Positions 28,851 to 41,551 of a DNA stretch of 64,000 nucleotides are shown here, piece by piece. The first letter of the stretch is position 1; each line of letters starts with the position of its first letter. Source of the stretch: an uncultured Gemmatimonadales bacterium (lineage in GTDB: Bacteria > Gemmatimonadota > Gemmatimonadetes > Gemmatimonadales > Gemmatimonadaceae). Under the pieces are notes generated by a model. The model had not been told where the DNA came from. It did not search any database and was given only the letters and a program-made list of their open reading frames with translations. The stretch lies in the NCBI GenBank assembly GCA_963851265.1, contig CAWKNZ010000002.1:256001-320000 (forward strand), given 5' to 3'. A program made the position numbers and the translations under genes.

Positions 28851-30449
28851 ATGCGTCGTCTGCGCGTCGGGATCCTGGATCTCGTGACTAACGGCCCCAC
28901 CCGGGCGCTGTACCCGCGGCTCATGAACGCCAACATGGCGAGCATCATGCCCCAGGTGCTCGCGGTCTGGTGCGAGCGCCTGGGGCACGACGTGAAGCTC
29001 GTGGTCTACACGGGCTTCGAGGACCTCGCGGCCGAACTGCCGGGCGACATGGACCTGCTGATGATCGGCGCGTTCAGCGAGACGGCGCAGCTGGCGTACG
29101 CGATCAGCAACATGTACCGCAAGCGCGGCGCGGTCACAGTGCTCGGCGGCCCGCACGCGCGCTGCTACCCCGAGGACGCGGCGCGCTACTTCGACTACGT
29201 GCTCGGGTTCACCGACGAGGCCCTGATCGGCGACGTGCTGGCCGAGTGCTCGCCGCACCGCCCCCAGGGCGTGCACCTGAGCGCGATCCGCCAGCCCGCG
29301 GGCCTGCCCGGCGTGCGCGAGCGCTGGCCGCACATCGCGGCCACGCTCAAGAAGGCGCCGACGATCAAGATCGTCCCGATGCTCGCGAGCCTCGGATGTC
29401 CGTACACGTGCGCGTTCTGCATCGACTCCACGGTCGAGCACCAGCCGTTCGGGCCCGAGCAGATGCGCGAGGACCTGACGTTCCTGCTGACGAAGATGAA
29501 GCGCCCGCGCGTCGCGTGGCACGACCCGAACTTCGCCGTGCGCTTCGACGAGACGATGGACGCGATCGAGGCGTCGGTGCCGGCCGGGCGCATCGACTTC
29601 ATCGCCGAGAGCTCGCTCTCGCTGCTGTCGGAGTCGCGCATGCCGCGGCTCGCGAAAAACGGGTTCCAGGCGCTGCTGCCGGGCGTGGAATCGTGGTTCT
29701 CGCTCGGCAACAAGTCGCGCACGGGCAAGAGCGAGGGCATCGACAAGGTGCGCCAGGTGGCCGACCACGTGAACATGGTCATGCGCCACGTGCCCTACCT
29801 GCAGGCCAACTTCGTGCTGGGCCTCGACACGGACGAGGGCGACGAGCCGTTCGAGTTGACGAAGCGCTTCGTCGATCTCGCGCCGGGCGCGTTCCCGGGC
29901 TACTCGCTGCTCTCGGCGTTCGGGCGCGCGGCGCCGCTCAACTTGGAGCTGCAGCGGGCGGGGCGCGTGCTCCCCTTCCCGCACCACTTCCTGAACAACA
30001 ACCTCGCGATGAACGTGCGGCCCAAGAACTACCAGTGGGCGCCGTTCTACGACCGCGTGGTCGACCTCGTGAAGTACACGTTCTCGAAGCGCGCCGTCGC
30101 GAAGCGCTTCGCGGCCAACCGCGGCGCGATTCCGAGCACGATGAACGTCGTGCGCGCGCTCTCGAGCGAGGGCACGGGGCGGCGGCACTACTACACGACC
30201 GTGCGCGGGCTGCTCGACACGGACGCGCAGGTGCGCGGCTACTTCGAGCAGGAGCACACGGAGCTGCCCGCGTTCTACCGCGACCGGGTCCGGCGCGACC
30301 TGGGGCCGCTGTGGGACGAGCTGCCCGCCGGCGCGCTCACGCACGATCCGACGGCGTACCTCAAGGCGGAAACGGCTCGCGCCGGCGCCGACGCCGCGGG
30401 AACGCCCGTCCTCCCCACGCCCCGCCGGCGCGTCCAGCCGGCCGCCTGA
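28851..30449 (+). CDS. B12-binding-domain radical SAM protein
   Basis: N-terminal cobalamin-binding-like region (VLGGPHA), CPYTCAFC, GVES, FVLGLD. Confidence 0.88.
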   Translation: MRRLRVGILDLVTNGPTRALYPRLMNANMASIMPQVLAVWCERLGHDVKLVVYTGFEDLAAELPGDMDLLMIGAFSETAQLAYAISNMYRKRGAVTVLGGPHARCYPEDAARYFDYVLGFTDEALIGDVLAECSPHRPQGVHLSAIRQPAGLPGVRERWPHIAATLKKAPTIKIVPMLASLGCPYTCAFCIDSTVEHQPFGPEQMREDLTFLLTKMKRPRVAWHDPNFAVRFDETMDAIEASVPAGRIDFIAESSLSLLSESRMPRLAKNGFQALLPGVESWFSLGNKSRTGKSEGIDKVRQVADHVNMVMRHVPYLQANFVLGLDTDEGDEPFELTKRFVDLAPGAFPGYSLLSAFGRAAPLNLELQRAGRVLPFPHHFLNNNLAMNVRPKNYQWAPFYDRVVDLVKYTFSKRAVAKRFAANRGAIPSTMNVVRALSSEGTGRRHYYTTVRGLLDTDAQVRGYFEQEHTELPAFYRDRVRRDLGPLWDELPAGALTHDPTAYLKAETARAGADAAGTPVLPTPRRRVQPAA

Positions 30450-30484
30450 CCGGCATCTGACGGGTATCACACCCGTCCTACTCG

Positions 30485-30527
30485 CGACGCAGCCCCCGAA
30501 AGCGGTGATCTCTCGGGGGCTGCGTCG
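30485..30527. terminator. hairpin between convergent genes (probable terminator)
   Basis: 15-bp perfect stem cgacgcagcccccga / tcgggggctgcgtcg. Confidence 0.75.
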
Positions 30528-30557
30528 TACTCGTCGTCGGCGCGTATCAGCGCGTGA

Positions 30558-31445
30558 TCAGCGCGTGGCGACCTGCTCCGCCGTCAGGTCCTCGCCCGTG
30601 GCCTCGCCCATGGCGATGCGGAGCGGTTGCGTCACGCACGCATCGTAGCCCTCCGCACCGCACTGGACCGACGCGAACTGCTCGACCATCTGCCGCACCT
30701 TGTCGGGGTAGCTCTTGCAGCCGCGCGTGTTCGTGCCCCGCACGCACCCGTTGTAGCGCAGCAACCCCTTCACGACCGCGCTGTCGGCGGTGGCGACCTG
30801 CTCGGCGCTATCGTACAGGTAGTGGCTGAGGATGTGGATCCCGTACTGGATGTTCGTCTCGTCGCGCGTCAGGTTGCGGCCGAACAGCTTGCCGAGCGTG
30901 GGGAGCCAGACCCGCGGGACGATCTGCATCAGGCCGACGGCTCCGACGCTCGAACGCGCGTTCGACCGGAACGTGCGGTTTTCGGTGAGCAGCACGCCGA
31001 AGATGAGGGCCGGCGGCAGGCGGCGCCGGTACGCCTCGCGCACCGCGAAGGTGGCGACCGACTGCGCGCGGGTCGAATCGATGCGCCCGGTGTTCAGCAA
31101 GTCACGCACAAAGGCCAGGCGGTCGGTCTCGAACCGTGGCGACTGCATCGCCACGTCGGCGTCCTCGGTCGCGGCCCAGGGCGCTCGGGCGGAGGCGGAG
31201 TCGCGCCACGTCGCGGTGGACGCGACGAGGTGGGCCAGGGCGGGTTCGCGCCCCACGTAGACCGGGCGGACCGACGAAACCGCGGCGGCCATGGACACGA
31301 CGGCGCCGGCGGCGAGGGCGAGTTGCTGGGTCACGCGCGAGCTGCCAATGGAACGCAGGCGCGCGGTCAAACTAGGTAGTACGAAGGGCAAGGGACGCGT
31401 CTCCTCACGCGGCTCGTCCGTTCGGAGCGCAAGGACCGGTCGCAC
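30558..31445 (-). CDS. lytic transglycosylase (SLT domain)
   Basis: LIFGVLLTEN, ARSSVGAVGLMQI, NIQYGIHIL, LLRYNG. Start uncertain. Confidence 0.88.
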   Translation of the reverse strand: MRPVLALRTDEPREETRPLPFVLPSLTARLRSIGSSRVTQQLALAAGAVVSMAAAVSSVRPVYVGREPALAHLVASTATWRDSASARAPWAATEDADVAMQSPRFETDRLAFVRDLLNTGRIDSTRAQSVATFAVREAYRRRLPPALIFGVLLTENRTFRSNARSSVGAVGLMQIVPRVWLPTLGKLFGRNLTRDETNIQYGIHILSHYLYDSAEQVATADSAVVKGLLRYNGCVRGTNTRGCKSYPDKVRQMVEQFASVQCGAEGYDACVTQPLRIAMGEATGEDLTAEQVATR

Positions 31446-31945
31446 GCACGGTCATCGCGCCCCGCCGGACGGGCGGGGTCGTCGGTCTGAAACGCGGCCG
31501 GCTGGACCACATCACGCGCGAGCACCGCCACCGGATGTGGCGTGCACGTGATGCGTATGCCGGCCGCGAGGGCCGATGCCGCAACCGACCTTCCGGGTCG
31601 GCGTCGCGCGGCGTGTCGTCGTTAATGCCGGTGCGCGGGTGGTCTCGCGCGCCGTGGACGACAGGGGTTGGGGGTGCGACCGTCCAGCGTCGGGGCGCGC
31701 GTCGCACGCAGCGCAGCCCCTCGGCGTTCAGGTCGCGTGGGCCTTATGTCACGTCGGCCCGCGTCGTTGATGTGGGGGTGAACCTAGTCCAGCCCGTTTT
31801 GGGGGGGACCGTCCGGCGTCCGCCGTTTCCACATACCCTTGACCGATCGGTCAGAACGGGCGCAAATGGTCGTGCGGCGACTGGTTGCGGGTACTTTGCA
31901 TGGCCCGACCAACCGGGACCGCCGCACCCCCGCTGCTCCGCCGTG

Positions 31946-33697
31946 ATGTCGTTCCCCGCCGCGCGCCCGCTGACCGCCGACCGTCCGAGCGCTCCACCGG
32001 CCGACGTGCCGACTCCCGCCTCTTCGGCGGCCCGCCGAGTGGCGCGCGGGATCGCGGTCGGATCGGTGGCCACGATGCTCGCCGCGATGCCGTACCGACT
32101 GTTCGAGCTCGATCGGTTCTTCGTGCCGAAGGAGGTCGTGCTGCTCGTCGCCGCGGCCGTCGCCTGCTGGTCGGTCGCCGGCATGGTCGGGGAGCGTGCG
32201 GCGGGTGACGCCGGCGCGAGCGGGGCAGGGGAACGCGCGCCGGCGCTCGATCGCGTGGTGGACGGCGCGCTGGCGACGTACCTCGCGGCGAGCGTCGCGA
32301 GTGCGTGCCTCGCGCCGAGCGGCTGGTTGGCGGCGCGGGCGGTCGCGATCACGGCGGCGGGGGCGGCACTGTTCTGGACGGGGCGCGCTGCCGCGCGACG
32401 GGGCGCGGGCCCGTCGATCCTCTCGGCGCTCGTCGTGGCGGTCGCGGTCGCGGCCGCGACCGCGCTCCTCCAGGCGTACGGCGTGCGCTCCGACTACTTC
32501 AGCGTGAACCGTGCACCCGGCGGCACGTTCGGCAACCGGAACTTCGTCGCGCACCTCTGCGCGATCGGGTTGCCGTTGGCGGCGTACGTCGCGCTCCGGG
32601 CGCGTCGGCTGGTCGCGGCGCTCGGGGCGGTCCTCACGACGCTCGCCCTCGGCGCGATGCTCGTGCTCTCGCGCAGCCGGGGGGCGTGGCTGGCGGGTGC
32701 GGTGGCCGGAGTCCCGTTCGTGATCGGTCTGTTGCGCGCAGCCACGCGCGCGCGCACGGCCGCGGGCGGCGTGGTGGGAGGCTGGCGTCTGCGGCCGGGA
32801 CGGGTCGTGCTGCTCCTCTCCGCCGTCGGCGCTGGGGCGGTCGCGGCAATCCGGCTGCCCAACACGCTCGACTGGCGAAGCGACTCACCCTACCTCGACT
32901 CGATGAAGGGAGTCGTCGACTACAGAGGGGGAAGTGGGCGCGGCCGCCTCGCGCAGTGGAGGAACTCCGCGCTGCTGCTCGCGGCAGACCCGGTGCTCGG
33001 CGTCGGGCCGGGCAACTGGTCGGTCCGCTACCCGACCGTCGCCCCCTCGGGCGATCCGTCCGTCACCGAAGACCGCACGACGGCGAATCCGTGGCCGAGC
33101 AGCGATCTGGTGGCCGTCGCGAGCGAGCGAGGGCTGCTGGGGCTGGTCGCCTTCGGGGTGCTCGTCCTCGGCGTGGCGTTGACCGCGCACCGTGCCGTCT
33201 GGGAGACGACGCGCGCCGGTTTCGGACGACCGCCGGAGGTCGCCGCGCGTGCGCTCGCGGGCGGCGCGCTCGGAGCGGTGCTCGCCGCGACGCTGGTCGC
33301 CGGGGCGTTCGACGCGGTGCTGCTGCTGGCGGCGCCGACGCTGGTCGCATGGTCGGCGTTGGGAGCGCTCGCCGGCCTCGCGTCACCGCGTGACGGCGGA
33401 ATGCGCCCGGCAACGGCGGGCGTCGCGCGCGCCGGCGCCGTGGTGCTCGCACTCGCGGCGGGGCTGGCGGCGGCGCATGTGGCGGCCATGCCGCTCTACG
33501 AGAACGGGGGGGCTGCCGGAGTCCGTCTGGCGGCGCGGCTCGCGCCGGGTGACTACCGGATCCGCCTGCGGGCGGGCGTGTTGGCGCTCGCGCGGGGGGA
33601 TTGTCGCGCGGCGCGGGCGGACGCGGGCGCGGCCCACGAGATGGCGCCGATGGCCGGAGGGCCGAAGCGGGTGCTCGCGGGGTGCAGAAGGAGGTGA
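31946..33697 (+). CDS. O-antigen ligase family membrane protein
   Basis: Many TM segments; GTFGNRN, SRSRGAW, GRLAQW, PVLGVGPGNW. Confidence 0.85.
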   Translation: MSFPAARPLTADRPSAPPADVPTPASSAARRVARGIAVGSVATMLAAMPYRLFELDRFFVPKEVVLLVAAAVACWSVAGMVGERAAGDAGASGAGERAPALDRVVDGALATYLAASVASACLAPSGWLAARAVAITAAGAALFWTGRAAARRGAGPSILSALVVAVAVAAATALLQAYGVRSDYFSVNRAPGGTFGNRNFVAHLCAIGLPLAAYVALRARRLVAALGAVLTTLALGAMLVLSRSRGAWLAGAVAGVPFVIGLLRAATRARTAAGGVVGGWRLRPGRVVLLLSAVGAGAVAAIRLPNTLDWRSDSPYLDSMKGVVDYRGGSGRGRLAQWRNSALLLAADPVLGVGPGNWSVRYPTVAPSGDPSVTEDRTTANPWPSSDLVAVASERGLLGLVAFGVLVLGVALTAHRAVWETTRAGFGRPPEVAARALAGGALGAVLAATLVAGAFDAVLLLAAPTLVAWSALGALAGLASPRDGGMRPATAGVARAGAVVLALAAGLAAAHVAAMPLYENGGAAGVRLAARLAPGDYRIRLRAGVLALARGDCRAARADAGAAHEMAPMAGGPKRVLAGCRRR

Positions 33698-33742
33698 GCG
33701 CGTTCACTATCTTCCGTTTTCCTCTCACCACTGAACCATCTC

Positions 33743-34744
33743 ATGCGCCACTCTACCATTCTTTCCACCATCGGCCGGACTCCCGTCGTCCGCCTCAACC
33801 GGCTGTTCGCCGGCAGCGGCCGCGAGGTGTGGATGAAGCTCGAGCGCGCCAACCCTGGCGCGAGCATCAAGGACCGGATCGCGCTCGCGATGATCGAGGA
33901 CGCCGAGCAGCGCGGGGTGCTCGGCCCGGACACCGTGATCGTCGAGCCGACGTCGGGGAACACCGGGATCGGGCTCGCGATGGTCGCCGCCGTCAAGGGA
34001 TACCGCCTCGTGCTGGTGATGCCCGAGAGCATGAGCGTCGAGCGGCGCCGGGTCATGGCCGCCTACGGCGCGCACCTCGAGCTCACGCCGCGCGAGCTCG
34101 GGATGAAGGGGGCCATCGCGCGCGCGCACGAACTCGTCGTCGAGCGGAACGGCGGCGCGGTGGCCGGCGCGATCGACGGCGGGGCGGAGGCGCCGCGCGC
34201 GCCGGGCGCGGGGCCGTTAGGCGCGTGGATGCCGCAGCAGTTCGAGAACCCCGCCAACGTCGACGTCCACGTGCGGACCACGGCCGAGGAGATCCTGCAG
34301 GACTTCCCCGAGGGCCTCGAGGCGATGATCACCGGCGTGGGGACCGGGGGGCACATCACCGCCTGCTCCGAGGTGCTCAAGCGGCGCTGGCCCGACCACA
34401 AGAGCTACGCGGTCGAGCCGACCAAGAGCCCCGTGCTGAGCGGCGGGACCCCGGGCCCGCACAAGCTGCAGGGGATCGGCGCGGGGTTCGTGCCGGCCAA
34501 CTACCACCGCGAGGTCGTCGACGGCGTGATCCAGGTGACCGAAGAGGACGCCTTCGAGATGGCCCGCCGCTGCGCCCGCGAGGAAGGGATCTTCGTCGGC
34601 GCGTCGAGCGGGGCGTCGCTCGCCGCGGTCGCGCAGAAGCTCCCCGAGCTGCCGGAGGGGAGCCGCGTGCTGACCTTCTGCTACGACACGGGCGAGCGCT
34701 ACCTCAGCGTCGACGGGCTGTTCCCCGCGCCGTCGCCGGTGTGA
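33743..34744 (+). CDS. cysK: cysteine synthase A
   Basis: [53 protein letters not shown]. Confidence 0.95.
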   Translation: MRHSTILSTIGRTPVVRLNRLFAGSGREVWMKLERANPGASIKDRIALAMIEDAEQRGVLGPDTVIVEPTSGNTGIGLAMVAAVKGYRLVLVMPESMSVERRRVMAAYGAHLELTPRELGMKGAIARAHELVVERNGGAVAGAIDGGAEAPRAPGAGPLGAWMPQQFENPANVDVHVRTTAEEILQDFPEGLEAMITGVGTGGHITACSEVLKRRWPDHKSYAVEPTKSPVLSGGTPGPHKLQGIGAGFVPANYHREVVDGVIQVTEEDAFEMARRCAREEGIFVGASSGASLAAVAQKLPELPEGSRVLTFCYDTGERYLSVDGLFPAPSPV

Positions 34745-34766
34745 GCGGGGCGCGCGGGCCGGCGCG

Positions 34767-35387
34767 TCAGGCGAACGCCGACCCGGCCCGCGCGCGCTGG
34801 TCGCGCGACCGCAGGTCGCGCCACCAGTCGAGGTGGCCGCGCACGGCCAGGACGAGGAACACCGCGTAGAGCACCGCGAACGCGTACAGCCCCTTGTAGG
34901 CGAGCAGCGGGACGTACACGACGTCGACCGCGATCCAGAGCGCCCAGTTCTCGACGAGCTTGCGCGTCATCATCCACTGGGCGACGAGGCTGGTCGCGGT
35001 GAGCGTCGCGTCGACCCACGGCACCCACGCGGGGTTGTGCTGCAGCACGTCGGTGTAGCGCGTCGTGAGCGTGCCGAGCGCGAGCGCGCCGAGCACGCCC
35101 ATCACGACGAGCGCGGGGGCGCGCACGCGCGGGGTGCGCGAGACGGGCAGCTCGGTGCGTCCGGCCCCGCCGTAGAGCCACTCGTACCAGCCGTACACGC
35201 TGAGCGCGAAGTAGACGACCTGCAGCCCGGTGTCGGAGTAGAGCCGGGTGTGGTAGTACACCACGGCCGAAAGCAGCACGTTGACGATCGCGGTCGGCCA
35301 GCTCCAAATGTTCTGCCGCGCCGAGAGCCACACGCTCACGGCGCCGAACAGCGAGGCGACGACCTCGAGCGGCGAGAGCCCGAACAC
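34767..35387 (-). CDS. pnuC: nicotinamide riboside transporter PnuC family
   Basis: LEVVA, WSWP, YGWYEW, PWVDA, AQWMMTRK..ENW.LWI.VD. Confidence 0.9.
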   Translation of the reverse strand: MFGLSPLEVVASLFGAVSVWLSARQNIWSWPTAIVNVLLSAVVYYHTRLYSDTGLQVVYFALSVYGWYEWLYGGAGRTELPVSRTPRVRAPALVVMGVLGALALGTLTTRYTDVLQHNPAWVPWVDATLTATSLVAQWMMTRKLVENWALWIAVDVVYVPLLAYKGLYAFAVLYAVFLVLAVRGHLDWWRDLRSRDQRARAGSAFA

Positions 35388-35394
35388 GCGCCGC

Positions 35395-36267
35395 CTAACG
35401 TCCGAGCCGTGCGGCGAGCGCCCCGGCGAGCGCGCGCGCGACCGGCCCCGGCGCGCCCGACCCCACCGGCCGGCCGTCGAGCCGCACGACCGGCATCACG
35501 TCCGCCGTGGTGCTCGCGACGAACAGCTCGTCCGCGCCGCGCAGCTCGGCCTCCCCGACCGCGACCTCGCGCGCCGGGATCCCGAGCCCGGCGGCCAGCT
35601 CCAGCACCACCGCCCGCGTGACGCTCGGCAGGATGCGCGGGCCTAACGGATGCGTGCGGAGTTCGCCCCGGACGACGGCGAACGCGCCCGAGTGCGACGC
35701 CTCGGTGAGCACGCCGTCGCGCAGCAGCAGCGCCTCGAACGCGCCCGCCGCCGCGGCCGCCTGCTTGGCCATCACGTTGGGCAGCAGGTTCACCGTCTTG
35801 AGGTCGCAGCGAGCCCAGCGCAGGTCGGGGTAGGTGACGGCGGCCGCCCCGCGCTCGCGCAGCGCGTCGGGCGGCTCGATGCGCTGCGCGAAGGCGTAGA
35901 GCGTGGGCGGCGTGTCGGCCGACGGGTAGGCGTGGGCCCGCGGCGCCGCGCCGCGCGTGAGCTGCGCATAGCAGAGCGCCTCGCCGTCGCCGAGCGCGTT
36001 GGCGTCGAGCAGGCGCGCCCACGCCTCGCGCACGCAGGCGGCGCCGCCCGCCCGGTCGAGCGCGAGCGCGAGCGCCGCGGCCCCGTGCGTGAGGCGCGCG
36101 AGGTGGCGCTCGAGGTCGACCATGCGGCCGCGGATCGCGCGGACCACCTCGTACACGCCGTCGCCGAAGAGGAAGCCGCGGTCGTCGGGGGAGACGCGGG
36201 CCTCGGACTTGGGAACGTACGCGCCGTCGAGGAAGACGGTCGGGTCGCTCGGCGATGCGTTGGTCAC
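35395..36267 (-). CDS. class IV aminotransferase (D-amino-acid transaminase-like)
   Basis: DRGFLFGDGVYE, QLTRG, RW.RCDLKTVNLL, ILPSVTR, ADELF. Confidence 0.9.
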   Translation of the reverse strand: MTNASPSDPTVFLDGAYVPKSEARVSPDDRGFLFGDGVYEVVRAIRGRMVDLERHLARLTHGAAALALALDRAGGAACVREAWARLLDANALGDGEALCYAQLTRGAAPRAHAYPSADTPPTLYAFAQRIEPPDALRERGAAAVTYPDLRWARCDLKTVNLLPNVMAKQAAAAAGAFEALLLRDGVLTEASHSGAFAVVRGELRTHPLGPRILPSVTRAVVLELAAGLGIPAREVAVGEAELRGADELFVASTTADVMPVVRLDGRPVGSGAPGPVARALAGALAARLGR

Positions 36268-36348
36268 GGGAGACAAGTGTAGCCCGAGAGCCCTCGGCCG
36301 GACCACCCGTCCGCCGACCGTGGCGGGGGCCCGCCGGGTGGAGCCCAC

Positions 36349-37887
36349 GTGAAACGATCCCGCGCGTCGCCCGTACTGCCGCGCGTCCGAACCGTAGCGT
36401 TCGCCTCCCACCCCTCGCTCCACGTGTCGTCCCGCCCTCCCCTCGCCGGCCGGTTGTCGTCCGGCCCGTGCGCCGCCTTCGCGGCTGTCGGGCTGGCTGC
36501 GCACGTCAGCGCCCAACCACCGATGCAGACGAGACCGACGCGGTCCGCGCTGGCCACGAATCACGGGACCGTGAGGGACGCGCAACCCGCGATCCCGCGA
36601 ACGCCGGCCGGCGACGCGCTCCGCGCCTGGCTGGACGCGTTCAACAGCGCGGACACGGCGCGCATCGGCGCGTACGCCCGGCGCTTCGAGCCGAACCTCG
36701 CCATCGACGACGAGCGCGGATTCCGTGACCAGACGGGCGGGTTCGACCTGGTGACCGTCGAGCGGAGCGCGCCGCGGCACCTCGAATTCACCGTGCGCGA
36801 GCGGAAGGGTCCGACGACGGCGTACGGCATGCTGGACATGGCCGCGGACGAGCCGTTTCGCGTGCTCGCGCGCCGCTTTCAGCCGATGGGCCCCAACGTG
36901 GTCGCGGCGACGCTCCGCATCGACGCGGCCACGCGTGCGCGAACGATCGCGGGGGCGGTCGCGCGCCTCGACACGTTCTACGTGTTCCCGGACGTCGCCA
37001 GGCGCGTCGCGGACACGCTTCGTGCCCGCCTCGCCCGCGGAGCGTACGACGCAGACGGGAACGGCATCGCCTTCGCGATGCGTCTGGACGACGAGCTGGC
37101 GGAGCTCACGCACGACAAGCACCTGCACCTGATGTACAGCGTGCGCCCGCTGCCCCCCGCGCCGCCGGGGCCAGCGGCCGGCCGGCCGTCCTCCGACAGG
37201 TCGTCCGACCGGTCACCCGGCCGGTCACCCGGCCGGTCGCCCGAGGAGGCCGCGCGTGAACGGCAGCGGCTCGATGCGATGAACTGCGGCTTCGACCGGG
37301 CCGAGGTGCTGCCCGGGGGCGTCGGGTACCTCAAGTTCGACCAGTTCGCCGATCCGGATCTGTGCGGGGCCACCGCATCCGCGGCGATGACCTTCCTCGG
37401 CGGTACGCGCGCGCTCATCCTCGACCTGCGCGACAACGGCGGCGGCGATCCGGCGATGGTCGCCTACATCGCGTCGTACCTGTTCGACCGGCCCACGCAC
37501 CTCAACGATCTCTGGACGCGCAGAACGAACACGACCGAGCAGTTCTGGACGCGCGACAGCGTCGCGGGGCGGCGCTTCGGGGGCACGAAGCCGGTGTACG
37601 TGCTCACGTCGGCGCGCACGTTCTCGGGAGGCGAGGAGTTCACCTACGACCTGCAACAGTTGAAGCGGGCGACGGTCGTCGGCGAGACCACCGGCGGCGG
37701 CGCGTATCCCATGTCAGGTCACCAGATCGATGACCACTTCCTGATCGCCGTGCCGTTCGCGCGCCCCGTGAACCCGGTGACGCACGCGAATTGGGAAGGG
37801 GTCGGCGTCGTGCCGGACGTCACGGTGCGGGCCGCGGACGCGCTCGCGGCCGCGCAGCAACGCGTGCGCGCGGCGCCGCACCCGTAG
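36349..37887 (+). CDS. S41 family peptidase (IRBP-like)
   Basis: DKHL, GYLKFDQF, LILDLRDNGGG, TFSGGEEF, GETTGGGA, WEGVGV.PD. The true start may be downstream. Confidence 0.9.
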   Translation: MKRSRASPVLPRVRTVAFASHPSLHVSSRPPLAGRLSSGPCAAFAAVGLAAHVSAQPPMQTRPTRSALATNHGTVRDAQPAIPRTPAGDALRAWLDAFNSADTARIGAYARRFEPNLAIDDERGFRDQTGGFDLVTVERSAPRHLEFTVRERKGPTTAYGMLDMAADEPFRVLARRFQPMGPNVVAATLRIDAATRARTIAGAVARLDTFYVFPDVARRVADTLRARLARGAYDADGNGIAFAMRLDDELAELTHDKHLHLMYSVRPLPPAPPGPAAGRPSSDRSSDRSPGRSPGRSPEEAARERQRLDAMNCGFDRAEVLPGGVGYLKFDQFADPDLCGATASAAMTFLGGTRALILDLRDNGGGDPAMVAYIASYLFDRPTHLNDLWTRRTNTTEQFWTRDSVAGRRFGGTKPVYVLTSARTFSGGEEFTYDLQQLKRATVVGETTGGGAYPMSGHQIDDHFLIAVPFARPVNPVTHANWEGVGVVPDVTVRAADALAAAQQRVRAAPHP

Positions 37888-37926
37888 CGGAGCGCCGCGC
37901 GACCGTCGTCGCCGTCGGGAACCGCT

Positions 37927-40272
<2,346 letters not shown>

Positions 40273-40330
40273 CCGCCAACAGTACGACGCCCGGCCGACA
40301 ACTGTTGGGGGCGGGCGGTGTAAGTTCGGG

Positions 40331-41278
40331 ATGTCTTCGGTTTATGGCGATCTCGACCTGCCGCGCTTCGCGCGCGCGTACGGCGTCGACTTCAGCGGCG
40401 CGCGGCTGGCGGGGCGGACGACGTGGGTGGCGCGCCTCGATCTCGCGGGCGACGGCGGGCCGCCGCGCCTCGCCGCGCTCGACCGGCTCGACCGCCTGGC
40501 GGGGACGGCGGAGCGGGGGCCCGCGCTGGCGCACCTCGTCACCATGGTGCGCGGCTCCGCCGACGCGCTCTGGGCGTTCGACTGCCCGTTCGGGCTGCCG
40601 GTCGAGCTGCTGCCGGCACGCGCGGGGTGGGCGGCGCAGCGCCGCCTGGTGCGCGAGTGGGGGGACGACGCCTACGGGCTCGGGCTGGAGTGCGTGCGCC
40701 GGGCGCGGGCGTTAGGCGGTCCGCTGCACGTCCGGCGGCTCACGGACGGGGACGCGCGCGCGCCGTTCGACCCCTACCACTACCGCATCATCTACCAGAC
40801 GTTCTACGGCGTGCGGGACGTCGCGGGGCCGCTCGCGGCCGACGCGGGCACGGCGGTGCTGCCGTTCCAGTACCGGAAGCTCGCCCGCGGCAGGCTCGGG
40901 CGTGGCAAGCTCGGCCGCGACCGGCGGCCGCGGCGCGAGGGTGTGGGCGATCGCGCCAGCGGGCCGGCCGCGCGGCGCGTCGTGGTCGAGACGTGCCCGG
41001 GGTCGACGTTGCGGCGGTGGGGGCTGCCGTTCCAGCGGTACAAGCAGCCGGAGGGCGGGGCGCTGACGGCGGTACGGCGCCGCACGCGGCGGGCGATCGT
41101 CGACGGCGTGTGTGCGCGGGTGGTCGTGGGGCCGGCGTTCGTCCGGCGGATGATGCGGGACCCGGGCGGGGACGCGCTGGACGCGGTGGTCGCGGCGGCC
41201 GGCGGGCTCGAAGGGGTGTTAGGCGCGGACCACGCGGCGGGAGGGCGCTACCGGCGGGAGGGGCGCCTGTTCTTCTGA
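40331..41278 (+). CDS. DUF429-like predicted nuclease (RNase H-like fold)
   Basis: YGVDFSGA, FDCPFGLP, ETCPG, DALDAVVAA, EGRLF. Confidence 0.75.
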   Translation: MSSVYGDLDLPRFARAYGVDFSGARLAGRTTWVARLDLAGDGGPPRLAALDRLDRLAGTAERGPALAHLVTMVRGSADALWAFDCPFGLPVELLPARAGWAAQRRLVREWGDDAYGLGLECVRRARALGGPLHVRRLTDGDARAPFDPYHYRIIYQTFYGVRDVAGPLAADAGTAVLPFQYRKLARGRLGRGKLGRDRRPRREGVGDRASGPAARRVVVETCPGSTLRRWGLPFQRYKQPEGGALTAVRRRTRRAIVDGVCARVVVGPAFVRRMMRDPGGDALDAVVAAAGGLEGVLGADHAAGGRYRREGRLFF

Positions 41279-41353
41279 GCGCGCGGCGAGCGGGGCGTCC
41301 GTTCCGGCCGCACGCACGCCGCCGCACTCACCGCGCTGCACCGTTCCCGCCGC

Positions 41354-41551
41354 TCAGCCCCGCCGCACTCCCGCGCGCGAGTCGGGGAGGAAGCTGAACG
41401 TGCACCCCCCGCCCGGCGTGCAATTTCCGGTGACCGCTCCCGTCTGAAGCGTCAACTGCTGCAGCGGCGGGAGTTGCACGAGGGCGGGGGCCGTCCAGGG
41501 GCGGCGCGTCGGCACGGCGTCGCGCGCCGCGGGCGTGGGAAGGTCGGACAC
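41354..41551 (-). CDS. small RiPP-precursor-like peptide (65 aa)
   Basis: RRPWTAPALVQLPPLQQLTLQTG followed by Gly/Thr/Cys-rich AVTGNCTPGGGCTFSF. Confidence 0.55.
   Translation of the reverse strand: MSDLPTPAARDAVPTRRPWTAPALVQLPPLQQLTLQTGAVTGNCTPGGGCTFSFLPDSRAGVRRG

Noticed and set aside
41354..41551. Classical lasso peptide cluster
   Set aside because: No ring-forming Asp/Glu, and no cyclase, B1 or B2 genes in the window.
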